The notes under the pieces: model-generated | What the model was told of the DNA's origin: nothing | Database searches by the model: none | Seen by the model: the letters and a program-made list of their open reading frames with translations, nothing else | Part shown: in pieces, positions 22,882-30,911 of the stretch | Layout of the letters: each line of letters starts with the position of its first letter | Numbering within the stretch: position 1 is the first letter of the stretch | Program-made: the position numbers and the translations under genes | From: Candidatus Wolfebacteria bacterium GW2011_GWA1_44_24 | GTDB lineage: Bacteria > Patescibacteriota > Minisyncoccia > UBA6257 > UBA9933 | DNA: 64,000 nt | Assembly: GCA_001001115.1 (NCBI GenBank) | Contig: LCIO01000001.1 | Span: forward strand, 71,501-135,500 | Direction: 5' to 3'

Positions 22882-24000
22882 TTATTTTTTATCTTTTAAT
22901 TTTTCCGGCAAAAAACTGTCTTTGGAGTATTTTTCGTACTCCTTGCCGTACCCCAATTCTTTCATTAACTTAGTTTCAGGATTGCGCAAATTTAAAGGAA
23001 TAGGCAGGTTGCCAAATTTTTTAACATCCGCCATCGCCTCCATATACGCCTCATAGGCGCTCCTGTCTTTTTTACATTGACACAAATATGCGACTCCATG
23101 CGCCAAGTTAATTCCGCATTCCGGCAAGCCGATTATCTCCACCGCCCTAAAAACATCATTTGCCACCATAAGAGCCGCCGGCTGAGCCAAACCGACATCT
23201 TCGCTGGCAAAAATAACCATCCGTCGGGCAATAAATTTCGGGTCCTCTCCGGCGTCAATCATCCGCGCCAAATAATATAAAGCCGCGTCCGATTGGCCGG
23301 CTCTCATGCTTTTAATAAAAGCTGAAATTGTATTGTAATGCTCCTCTCCTTTTTTATCATAACGCAGAAACTTTGATTGCAAAGCATTCTTCAAATTATC
23401 AACCGTGATTTTTCCGTATAAGCTATTTGTATTTTCGAGTATCGTAATCGCCTGTCTTGCGTCGCCATTTGCCATATTTATCAGCCAATCGCGCGTTTCT
23501 TTGTCCATCTTAAAACCGACGCGCTTTATAATTTTTGCCATCTCTTCGTCTGATAAAGAGTTTAAAATAAAAACGCGGCAACGAGAAAGAAGCGGAGAAA
23601 TAACTTCAAAACTGGGATTCTCCGTGGTAGCGCCGATTAAAGTAATTTTACCGTTTTCCGCAAAAGGCAATAAATAATCCTGTTGGGCTTTATTAAAGCG
23701 GTGGATTTCATCCAAAAATAAAACCTTTGGCTTGCCCCAAGAATTTTCTTCAATAGCGCGTTTAATGTCTTCTTTGCCGGCCGAAACCGCGGAAAGCTCG
23801 TAGATTTGAGCGTCAAGAGCGCTCGCGTATATTTTCGCCAAAGTTGTTTTTCCGCTCCCCGGCGGACCCCACAAAATAAACGAAAAAAGGTGTTTGTTTT
23901 TAACGGCAATATTCAACGGCTTATTTTCCCCAACCAAATGCTCCTGTCCGATAAATTCTTTTAGAGTTTTAGGCCTGATTTTTGACGCCAATGGTTCCAT
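22882..24000 (-). CDS. rarA: Replication-associated recombination protein A
   Basis: PLASKIRP, WGPPGSGKTT, DEIHRFNKAQQD, GATTENP, SAFIKSMR. Confidence 0.95.
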   Translation of the reverse strand: MEPLASKIRPKTLKEFIGQEHLVGENKPLNIAVKNKHLFSFILWGPPGSGKTTLAKIYASALDAQIYELSAVSAGKEDIKRAIEENSWGKPKVLFLDEIHRFNKAQQDYLLPFAENGKITLIGATTENPSFEVISPLLSRCRVFILNSLSDEEMAKIIKRVGFKMDKETRDWLINMANGDARQAITILENTNSLYGKITVDNLKNALQSKFLRYDKKGEEHYNTISAFIKSMRAGQSDAALYYLARMIDAGEDPKFIARRMVIFASEDVGLAQPAALMVANDVFRAVEIIGLPECGINLAHGVAYLCQCKKDRSAYEAYMEAMADVKKFGNLPIPLNLRNPETKLMKELGYGKEYEKYSKDSFLPEKLKDKK

Positions 24001-24308
24001 ACGCCTTTATACTACTATCAAAACTCCTCTTTATCAAAGAAAAACTTGTGGTTCGCACTATTGTTTGAAAAAACTCCCGTTTGGAAGTTTTGCGCTCGAA
24101 CCTGTGAAAAAGCCCACCAATAAAGAGAAAAGTGCCGCTTTTCGCGATATTCATCCTATTTGGCTCCACACCCTGAACGAAATCCGAACGCATTTTCGGG
24201 AAACCCCCGACGAATGAAGCCGCCCCGCCGCCGCTCGCTAACGCTCGCCAGCCAGCAAAAAAGTTTTCTCTGCATTTCTGATTTTGCACGCGCCGGATTT
24301 TTTCTTCT

Positions 24309-24489
24309 AAAAGGAAAAGAAAACTTTTTTGCTGGGTTCTGCTCTCAACGAGCAGGCGGCGGGGCTGGCCTCTTTTGTATTCGCTCGGACGACTCGGCAT
24401 TACTCCCGACGACTCGGCATTACTCCCCCCCCCCAACCCCCTCCTGCCGAGCCATCCTCGCTTCGGCAAAAGGATTTTTTGGCGGCGGA
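24309..24489 (+). repeat. Left arm of a ~180 bp inverted repeat, with an internal 20 bp tandem duplication
   Basis: Near-identical to the reverse complement of 29168-29355; GACGACTCGGCATTACTCCC repeated at 24388 and 24408. Confidence 0.93.
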
Positions 24490-24513
24490 TAGTGTCCTGT
24501 GGATAATTCCCCC

Positions 24514-24541
24514 TTGATTGAACTTATACGTTTTGTATAAT
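24514..24541 (+). promoter_or_regulatory. Putative promoter of the ncRNA-HTH-RT unit, with an overlapping palindrome
   Basis: TTGATT-N16-TATAAT; TTATAC-N5-GTATAA (24524-24540) overlaps the -10. Confidence 0.6.
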
Positions 24542-24547
24542 ACTAAG

Positions 24548-25058
24548 TAGGACGGTTGCAGTTTAAAAATCAATTCGCGCGAGATCGGTTATCACTTCGA
24601 AGATTCTAGATCATTCTCTGTTATTGAGAATATCTGACCTCTCCTGTTTTGACAAGGAGTGGACCTTGCCCCGACATGTATATACATGTGTGCCCTATGC
24701 TTCATGTAATCCTTGAGGGACAAGTTAAGTCAAGTTGCTTTAGGCGTTGAGCTTAATGCTTCACTTGCACAGGGACTGCCATAACCTCACGGTTACTGGT
24801 ATTACCGGAAGGTTTTTATCGAAAACTGATAACCGTGAGGAGTTGGTGTGTTCCGCGTAGTAAATTAAAGGTCAATTATTAACCGTCCCCTTTAACTAAA
24901 AACACATGGAGCAAACAATGAAACACCAAAATCCAATTGCTGAATTGTGCCTTCCGTATAAAGGGGCGATTATCATTTATGAAGTGGTTGAGGTGCTTAC
25001 GGATAATTTTACAAATTATCCGTATCCTCAAAGACCTTCTGCGGTAATCGCCCCTTAG
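24548..25058 (+). ncRNA. Putative structured RT-associated ncRNA (retron msr/msd-like)
   Basis: Stems GGACGGTT/AACCGTCC (24550/24881), CCTCACGGTTA/TAACCGTGAGG (24785/24830), AAGGGGCGATTA/TAATCGCCCCTT (24961/25045), TACGGATAATTT/AAATTATCCGTA (24998/25013); directly upstream of HTH-RT. Boundaries are inferred. Confidence 0.7.
24906..25058 (+). CDS. Hidden small ORF (50 aa, or 46 aa from ATG 24918)
   Basis: MEQTMKHQNPIAELCLPYKGAIIIYEVVEVLTDNFTNYPYPQRPSAVIAP; GGAG 6 nt before the second ATG; stop 9 nt before the HTH start. Confidence 0.4.
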   Translation: MEQTMKHQNPIAELCLPYKGAIIIYEVVEVLTDNFTNYPYPQRPSAVIAP

Positions 25059-25067
25059 TCGTTCTAT

Positions 25068-25394
25068 ATGTATACATTTCCTGATTTAATCAAAAAAATT
25101 AGAGACGAAGCTGGTTTAACTCAAGCCGAATTTGCAAAAGCACTCGGCGTATCTGCTGTGCTTATTGCAATGGTAGAAACTGGTCAAAAAGAAGTTTCAA
25201 AAAATTTGCTTATTAAAATTGCTGAATTATTAAATGTTCATCCTTCATCAATAACTCCGTTTCTGTTTATAGATAGAGAGAAATTCAGTAAAGACCCTTC
25301 AGCAATAGATAAAAAATTTATTGAATGGGGGGAGAAAATGCAAACGCACTTAATAAAAGATCGGGCGAAACTCCTCAAAAAATATGCAAACTAG
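25068..25394 (+). CDS. XRE/Cro-C1-type HTH protein
   Basis: IKKIRDEAGLTQAEFAKALGVSAVLIAMVETG; overlaps the RT start by 11 nt. Confidence 0.88.
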   Translation: MYTFPDLIKKIRDEAGLTQAEFAKALGVSAVLIAMVETGQKEVSKNLLIKIAELLNVHPSSITPFLFIDREKFSKDPSAIDKKFIEWGEKMQTHLIKDRAKLLKKYAN

Positions 25395-26310
25395 TAGATA
25401 CCCAAAACTTTACATACGGAGCAAGAACGAACTGGCAAAACATTTAAGCCATAGTAAGTTTCCGAAAGAGGAGGCGTTGGCTTTAATAAACGACACTCTT
25501 AAAAACTTTAACAAATATTGGAAAGATAACGAATATAAATCAGAACCAGAAAAAGAAAAATTTGTCAGAAGTGCGAAGGGCACACCACTAGGGAGGCTTT
25601 TAGATAACATTAACAAGTCTGTTCTTGCCCCACATGATAAAATGCTCCCCGTTTTTATATTTGGCGGTGTGAAAAATATGAACCATGCGAAAGCGGCAAA
25701 GTATTTACTCGGGAGAAAGCGAAAACGAACCTCTCTAAAATTAGATATAGCTCGCTTCTTTGAACAAATAAGTGAAGAAAGAGTTTATCACTTCCTCCAT
25801 GACAAGTGCGCGTGTAGTAAAAGGGCCGCAAAATTACTTGCAGGTTTTTGTTGTGTACCTAAGGGGCACAAGGGATCCGGTTTTGAATATAAAACGATAG
25901 CTCGCGGATTTGCCACATCCTCACGTCTTGCCATCTGGTGCAATTTAGACACTTTTATCAGGCTGGATCGTCTTGTTCAAAAACGACTTAAAGGGAAAGA
26001 CGCTCGTATCGCTATTTATGTTGATGATATTGGAATAACTGCTAGCAGAGTATCAAAAGAAGAAATGAAAAAGTTATCTGACGAAATTACAAAGCTTCTA
26101 CTAAATGCAGACAGAAACCAAAGATTGCCGATAAATGAGAAAAAGACAAAAATATCTTCCCACGAGGAGGGTATAGAACATCTTGGCTTGCGGTTATACA
26201 GAAATAGATTGTCTGTTGGCGCAAAAACAAAATCAAAAATAGATAGGGCAAGGAATAAAAGTGAACGCAAGCCACTGATTAGATACAAGCATTATGTTGA
26301 GAAAATCTGA
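25384..26310 (+). CDS. Reverse transcriptase, retron-like (308 aa)
   Basis: KLDIARFFEQI (motif A), IARGFATSSRLA (PQG-region), IYVDDIGIT (catalytic), INEKKT, HLGL. Confidence 0.9.
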   Translation: MQTSRYPKLYIRSKNELAKHLSHSKFPKEEALALINDTLKNFNKYWKDNEYKSEPEKEKFVRSAKGTPLGRLLDNINKSVLAPHDKMLPVFIFGGVKNMNHAKAAKYLLGRKRKRTSLKLDIARFFEQISEERVYHFLHDKCACSKRAAKLLAGFCCVPKGHKGSGFEYKTIARGFATSSRLAIWCNLDTFIRLDRLVQKRLKGKDARIAIYVDDIGITASRVSKEEMKKLSDEITKLLLNADRNQRLPINEKKTKISSHEEGIEHLGLRLYRNRLSVGAKTKSKIDRARNKSERKPLIRYKHYVEKI

Positions 26311-26339
26311 TTGCTTGTATGGAAAACTTTGTGTATACT
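26311..26339 (+). promoter_or_regulatory. Putative methyltransferase promoter containing a GTATAC site
   Basis: TTGCTT-N17-TATACT; GTATAC at 26333-26338. Confidence 0.5.
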
Positions 26340-27956
26340 AAAGTTAGCGAGAAAATTATGACCCCCGGTTACGAAAACGATTTAGAGAACGAATATTCAA
26401 AAACTGTCGACCTAGAGCATAGGCGTGCTTTTGGGCAATTCTTTACCCCCTTTAAAATTGCAAAGTTTATGTCGGAGTGGGTTTTAGATAGTGAAAAACA
26501 GGAAATGGAGGTTTTAGATCCAGCCGCGGGCTTTGGGATTTTCCCTCGCGTAATGTCTTCCTTTAATAAGCGAAAAAAAATTAACTTTGACCTCTGGGAG
26601 ATAGACGAAAACATCGCAAAAAAACTAAAAGATGTTATACAAGAAATTAAAATGGAGGCGGTGATACATCAAGCAGATTTTCTAAAAAATGGCTGGGACA
26701 AAAAATATGACGGTATTATTGCAAATCCGCCATATTTCAAACACCACTACATAAATGAAAAAGAGAAAGTTTTTCAGGAAATTTGTCTGCGAACATACTT
26801 TAGATTTAGTATTCAAACTAATATTTACTGCTGGTTTTTAATTAAAGCTATAAATTTACTTGATAAAGGGGGGAGGTTAGCATTTATTGTGCCAAGTGAA
26901 TTTTTTAATGCGAACTATGGTGAAAAAGTTAAAGAGTATCTAAAACAATGTGGTGTTGTCCTTCATTTTATCAGCGTTAATTTTGAGGAAAATGTTTTTG
27001 ATAATGCACTGACTACATCAGTAATTATTCTTGCCGAGAAAAGTCCACAGAAGCATGAAAGTATAAATTTTTACACAGTGCATAATGTGAAAGAACTCGT
27101 TTCTGTAAAAGATTTTCTCAACAAACACCCAAAAAAGACCTTCAAGATTGCTGACCTAAATCCTAAAACAAAATGGAGAAATTATTTTAATGGCGATAAA
27201 GATATATTCTCGAAAGAACTTGTCTCACTTTCGACATTCGGCAAATTTTCTAGGGGCATAGCAACGGGGGCAAATCATTATTTCACACTTTCCTTACCAG
27301 AAGTTGAGGAGCATAAAATATCAAAAAAATGCCTGCGCCCATGTATCACAAAAGCCGTGCACGCGAAAGATATTTACTTTAGTGACGAGCATTTTGATAA
27401 ACTCAGGGAACAAGAAAAGAAAGTTTATTTATTTGATGGGGAAAAATCACAAGAACAAAGTTGTAAAAACTATATTGCACTTGGGGAAAAACAGGGTGTC
27501 AGTCAAAAATATCTTACAAAAAATCGAGATCCGTGGTATGCGCTAGAAAAAAGAGATGTTGCCCCGATTTGGGTAACGGTTTTTGGGAGAAGTGGTTTAA
27601 AATTTGTATGGAACGATTCTTCCTGTATTAACCTAACTTGTTTTCATGCTTTTTATCCTACCGAATTAGGAAAAAACTACCTAGATATATTATTTATTTA
27701 TCTGTATTCAAATACGGCCCAAAAATTATTTGACAGAGAAAAAAGAGAATATGGCGGGGGGCTTGGAAAATTTGAGCCAAACGATCTTAACAAAGCTTTT
27801 GTTGTCGATTTTAGATTGCTCGACAAGAAACAAATCTCTATTTTAGCGAACCTCCAAAGAGATTTTCTCAAATCAGAAAAAAACGAAAGAGAACAATTTT
27901 TGAAAAAAGCTGATGATATTTTTAAACCTCTTGCTCAATCAGTTTTTTCAAAATAG
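26319..27956 (+). CDS. Type II N6-adenine DNA methyltransferase (gamma class, M.AccI/Eco57I-like); start may be 26358
   Basis: GQFFTP, LDPAAGFGIF, NPPY, RGIATGAN, YGGGLGKFEP. Confidence 0.9.
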   Translation: MENFVYTKVSEKIMTPGYENDLENEYSKTVDLEHRRAFGQFFTPFKIAKFMSEWVLDSEKQEMEVLDPAAGFGIFPRVMSSFNKRKKINFDLWEIDENIAKKLKDVIQEIKMEAVIHQADFLKNGWDKKYDGIIANPPYFKHHYINEKEKVFQEICLRTYFRFSIQTNIYCWFLIKAINLLDKGGRLAFIVPSEFFNANYGEKVKEYLKQCGVVLHFISVNFEENVFDNALTTSVIILAEKSPQKHESINFYTVHNVKELVSVKDFLNKHPKKTFKIADLNPKTKWRNYFNGDKDIFSKELVSLSTFGKFSRGIATGANHYFTLSLPEVEEHKISKKCLRPCITKAVHAKDIYFSDEHFDKLREQEKKVYLFDGEKSQEQSCKNYIALGEKQGVSQKYLTKNRDPWYALEKRDVAPIWVTVFGRSGLKFVWNDSSCINLTCFHAFYPTELGKNYLDILFIYLYSNTAQKLFDREKREYGGGLGKFEPNDLNKAFVVDFRLLDKKQISILANLQRDFLKSEKNEREQFLKKADDIFKPLAQSVFSK

Positions 27957-28818
27957 CTTCATCAAGTTTTGCCTTGCCACCCTCAAAGCTTACGTGATGA
28001 AGAAGCCTCCCTCCGGCAAGCTCTTTTCTTATACCCAAAAGATTCGGCTCGCCTATATTTTCGCTTATTAAATGACCATTGTTTAAATACATGTGAATGG
28101 TCTCCTTGTACTGATTTTTAGGATTCTTTTCAATAACAAAAGCTAGTGCGTCATTTTTTAAACCGACAACCTTTTTATTTTTGATACCCTTTTCTGAAAT
28201 ATCTGTGTCTCTCAATAATGACAAAATTTCGCTGAACGATATCACATAGATTGCATCAAAAAATACTTGAACGTAAAAATGCGGAACATTAAAAGTATCA
28301 ATCCATTTTAGTACGATCAAAAGATCCTCCACTTTTGGAGTGAAACTCAAAAACGGACGTTCTTTTTTGGCGATAAATTTTTTTGTTAGATATGCGCTAG
28401 ATCGCACTTCAAATCCCGCTGTCGCTTGCGGAACAATTTTTGCAAGTTCTCCATGAGATAATTTACTGATATCGTCACCCCATTCTTTTTTGTAAATTTT
28501 GGGGTCAAATAGTAAAACATCAGGCCTCTTACCGATTGCGTCCAGCTCATCTTGATACTGATTATAAAAGTCTTTGAAGTCGGGGTCTCCAGCAATAATC
28601 TTGTCTGATTTCCCATATCTAACGGGGACTAAATCAAGGTTAGATGCTTTAAGGGAACGAAAGAAAAGCATCTCCGCCCAATCTCCTTGTTCGTTGTGTG
28701 TAAGAAAATCAGAAAATGCTTGCGTGGGTGGTGTTCCTCTCTTGCGTTTCGCTCCCAGATTAACAATATTTGGCGAAATATCCTTCGCAATTTTATGTAT
28801 TTTGTCCTTATAACTCAT
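27922..28818 (-). CDS. Type II restriction endonuclease, AccI family
   Basis: PPTQAFSDFLTHNEQGDWAE, GKRPDVL, EVRSS; convergent with the MTase. Family recalled from motifs. Confidence 0.75.
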   Translation of the reverse strand: MSYKDKIHKIAKDISPNIVNLGAKRKRGTPPTQAFSDFLTHNEQGDWAEMLFFRSLKASNLDLVPVRYGKSDKIIAGDPDFKDFYNQYQDELDAIGKRPDVLLFDPKIYKKEWGDDISKLSHGELAKIVPQATAGFEVRSSAYLTKKFIAKKERPFLSFTPKVEDLLIVLKWIDTFNVPHFYVQVFFDAIYVISFSEILSLLRDTDISEKGIKNKKVVGLKNDALAFVIEKNPKNQYKETIHMYLNNGHLISENIGEPNLLGIRKELAGGRLLHHVSFEGGKAKLDEAILKKLIEQEV

Positions 28819-29030
28819 ATTCCTTTGAAAAAATCAGAGATGCTGATTTTTAGCGCTTTAGAAACTTTTTCGATATTTTCAAGCGTTATGTTCTTTTCTG
28901 CTCGTTCAATCATGCCGATATATGTCCGGTGAACACCGGCGCGTGAGGCTAATTCTTCCTGTGATAAACCTAACCTCGCCCGCTCCTCGCGGACTTTTTT
29001 ACCAAATTTGATAAGGATTTCTCTTTTCAT
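28815..29030 (-). CDS. Controller (C) protein of the RM system
   Basis: LSQEELASRAGVHRTYIGMIERAEKNITLENIEKVSKAL; overlaps the REase start by 4 nt. Confidence 0.85.
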   Translation of the reverse strand: MKREILIKFGKKVREERARLGLSQEELASRAGVHRTYIGMIERAEKNITLENIEKVSKALKISISDFFKGI

Positions 29031-29034
29031 AGTT

Positions 29035-29088
29035 GATAACTGTAGTATATCCACTTGCTAACTTTGGTGCTACATACTATAGTTAGCG
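29035..29088 (-). promoter_or_regulatory. Candidate C-boxes
   Basis: Two related dyads upstream of the C gene: GCTAACTATAGTATGTAGC and GATATACTACAGTTATC. Confidence 0.45.
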
Positions 29089-29167
29089 TATGGATTTATT
29101 GATTTTAGGGAGTTCCTACAACTTGCCCGCGCACGGGAGCGGTGGGGCAAGGGCAAGAATAAATAAT

Positions 29168-29355
29168 TCCGCCGCCAAAAAATCCTTTTGCCGAAGCGAG
29201 GACGGCTCGGCAGGAGGGGGTTGGGGGGGAGTAATGCCGAGTCGTCCGAGCGAATACAAAAGAGGCCAGCCCCGCCGCCTGCTCGTTGAGAGCAGAACCC
29301 AGCAAAAAAGTTTTCTTTTCCGCAGAACCCAGCAAAAAAGTTTTCTTTTCCTTTT
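29168..29355 (-). repeat. Right arm of the inverted repeat, with an internal 30 bp tandem duplication
   Basis: Reverse complement of 24309-24489; GCAGAACCCAGCAAAAAAGTTTTCTTTTCC at 29292 and 29322. Confidence 0.93.
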
Positions 29356-29424
29356 TCCTTCGACTTTGCTTAGGATGGTGAATTTGCCGAACCACAAGTT
29401 TTTCTTTGGCGGCAAATTCCATTT

Positions 29425-30174
29425 CTAAAGATTAAACAACAACTTGATTATTAACGCTATAACAACCACTATGAGTAACCCTCTAAGCCACTTATCACCA
29501 AACTTTAGTGCAGTGTGTGCGCCGATATACGAGCCCACCATTGAAGTAATGGCCAATGGCACCGCAAGAGAAAAATCGATGTTGTCTCTTCTTACAAAAA
29601 CAAAAAGTGCCGCAATAAGCATAATGGCGGTAACAAAAACAGAATCAGCAATTCCTTGCATTAAGTCTCTACCAAGCAACAAGACAAATAAAAATATCAA
29701 AAATGTTGCGACCCCTACCGAAAAGAACCCGCCGTATATACCCAAGATGAAACATAAAATACCTGCAATAATAAAATCTTTTCTATTGAGTTTTTTGTTT
29801 TCAATCTCAAGGCCAGCAGAAGGTTTTTTGAAAATCAAAAAGATTAAGCCGAAAAAGAAAATAGCAACAATTTTAGATAAAATCTCTTTGTTAATATCAA
29901 GGACAAGATTAGCACCGATAAAAGCACCTATGAGCGAGATTATGGAGAGAGGTAAAACAATTCTAAAATTTATTTTATGGTTCTTCCAATATTTGAAGAC
30001 CGCAACGACATTTATCAACCACCCCGAAAGAATATTGGTACCAATGGCTAATGTGGGTGTTAGCCCAAGAAAAAGTAGAGCTGGCAACGTAATGAGTGCT
30101 CCGGCACCAACTTGTGCCCCTACAAATCCCCCCACCAAACCGGCAAGAGATATAAAAATTAAACTAAAATCCAT
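29425..30174 (-). CDS. Sulfite exporter TauE/SafE (TSUP) family protein
   Basis: GGFVGAQVGAGALITLP, AIGTN, GIYGGFF; about 8 TM. Confidence 0.85.
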   Translation of the reverse strand: MDFSLIFISLAGLVGGFVGAQVGAGALITLPALLFLGLTPTLAIGTNILSGWLINVVAVFKYWKNHKINFRIVLPLSIISLIGAFIGANLVLDINKEILSKIVAIFFFGLIFLIFKKPSAGLEIENKKLNRKDFIIAGILCFILGIYGGFFSVGVATFLIFLFVLLLGRDLMQGIADSVFVTAIMLIAALFVFVRRDNIDFSLAVPLAITSMVGSYIGAHTALKFGDKWLRGLLIVVVIALIIKLLFNL

Positions 30175-30306
30175 TTATGAAAAATTTTCTTTTACTTTTA
30201 ATTTTATTAAAAACGAAACCGCCAATTGATTTTTTCGCCCAAAATTCCGTTCAATTTGGTCGCCGAGCGAAGCGAGGCGACCTACAAATCGTTGACTTTT
30301 CCTTAC

Positions 30307-30381
30307 TGGCTCCGCGGGTAGGATTCGAACCTACGACCAATCGCTTAACAGGCGACCGCTCTACCACTGAGCTACCGCGGA
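30307..30381 (-). tRNA. tRNA-Asn(GTT)
   Basis: TCCGCGG acceptor, anticodon GTT, GCCA end. Confidence 0.93.
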
Positions 30382-30416
30382 ATATCATTACAATTTAACA
30401 AAAAATAAACGGATTT

Positions 30417-30911
30417 TCAATTCTTGGGCGGGTAAACAGCCATCAACCATCTCAAAATCAAATCGCTCGGTTTTCTGATTTTTTCGCCCGGGAAATCAAA
30501 CCAAACCCTTTCAAATGTTTTCAAATCCATTTTTCTGACTTTGCCGATTTCTGGATCGGCCAGAAAAATATGATTTTTCGTCGCGGCAACAATTGCGGAA
30601 TAATGGCCTTCGTCTTCCGAAAACCAATCCACTATAACCGGTATTTTCTTTTTCAAATAAAATTTAATGTCTTCCGAAGACGCGCCGGATTTGATAACAA
30701 ATTTCAATTTTATTTTTTTTAATCCTGTTCTGAATCCTCTTTCATCTGTCCCCTTTTCTCGGGTGGTCTTCAAAATTTCAGCCAGATAATTCTCGCCATA
30801 ATTCAATCCGTAAAAATCCAAAACCATTTTCAAAGCCACCGGCCCGCAAAAACCCGACTTTGTCTGTTTCATCGGTTTAATTTTCAATATCGTTGTCTTC
30901 ATCAATTTCAC
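30417..30911 (-). CDS. Peptidase C39-like protein
   Basis: Q...FCGPVALKMVL, GHY, LADP. Confidence 0.8.
   Translation of the reverse strand: MKLMKTTILKIKPMKQTKSGFCGPVALKMVLDFYGLNYGENYLAEILKTTREKGTDERGFRTGLKKIKLKFVIKSGASSEDIKFYLKKKIPVIVDWFSEDEGHYSAIVAATKNHIFLADPEIGKVRKMDLKTFERVWFDFPGEKIRKPSDLILRWLMAVYPPKN

Noticed and set aside
24388-24427. Tandem repeats as a possible CRISPR array
   Set aside because: Only two abutting copies with no spacers. No repeat-spacer array or cas operon was seen in the window.
23969-24517. ORFs of 62-166 aa overlapping the left repeat (and 29090-29428 at the right repeat)
   Set aside because: They are translations of the non-coding GC-rich repeat, with no transposase motif.
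25384-26310. RT as a DGR or group II intron RT
   Set aside because: There is no DGR-type GNxxSQ motif, no Avd gene and no visible TR/VR pair. It is too short for a maturase, and no intron domain V or interrupted host gene was seen.
29444-30229. 261 aa plus-strand ORF
   Set aside because: It is the antisense shadow of the hydrophobic TauE gene; the same applies to shadows over typA, fusA, the Cu ATPase and mreB.
24000-30381. Prophage or integrative element at tRNA-Asn
   Set aside because: No integrase or phage genes, and I could not find a duplicated tRNA 3' end (att site).
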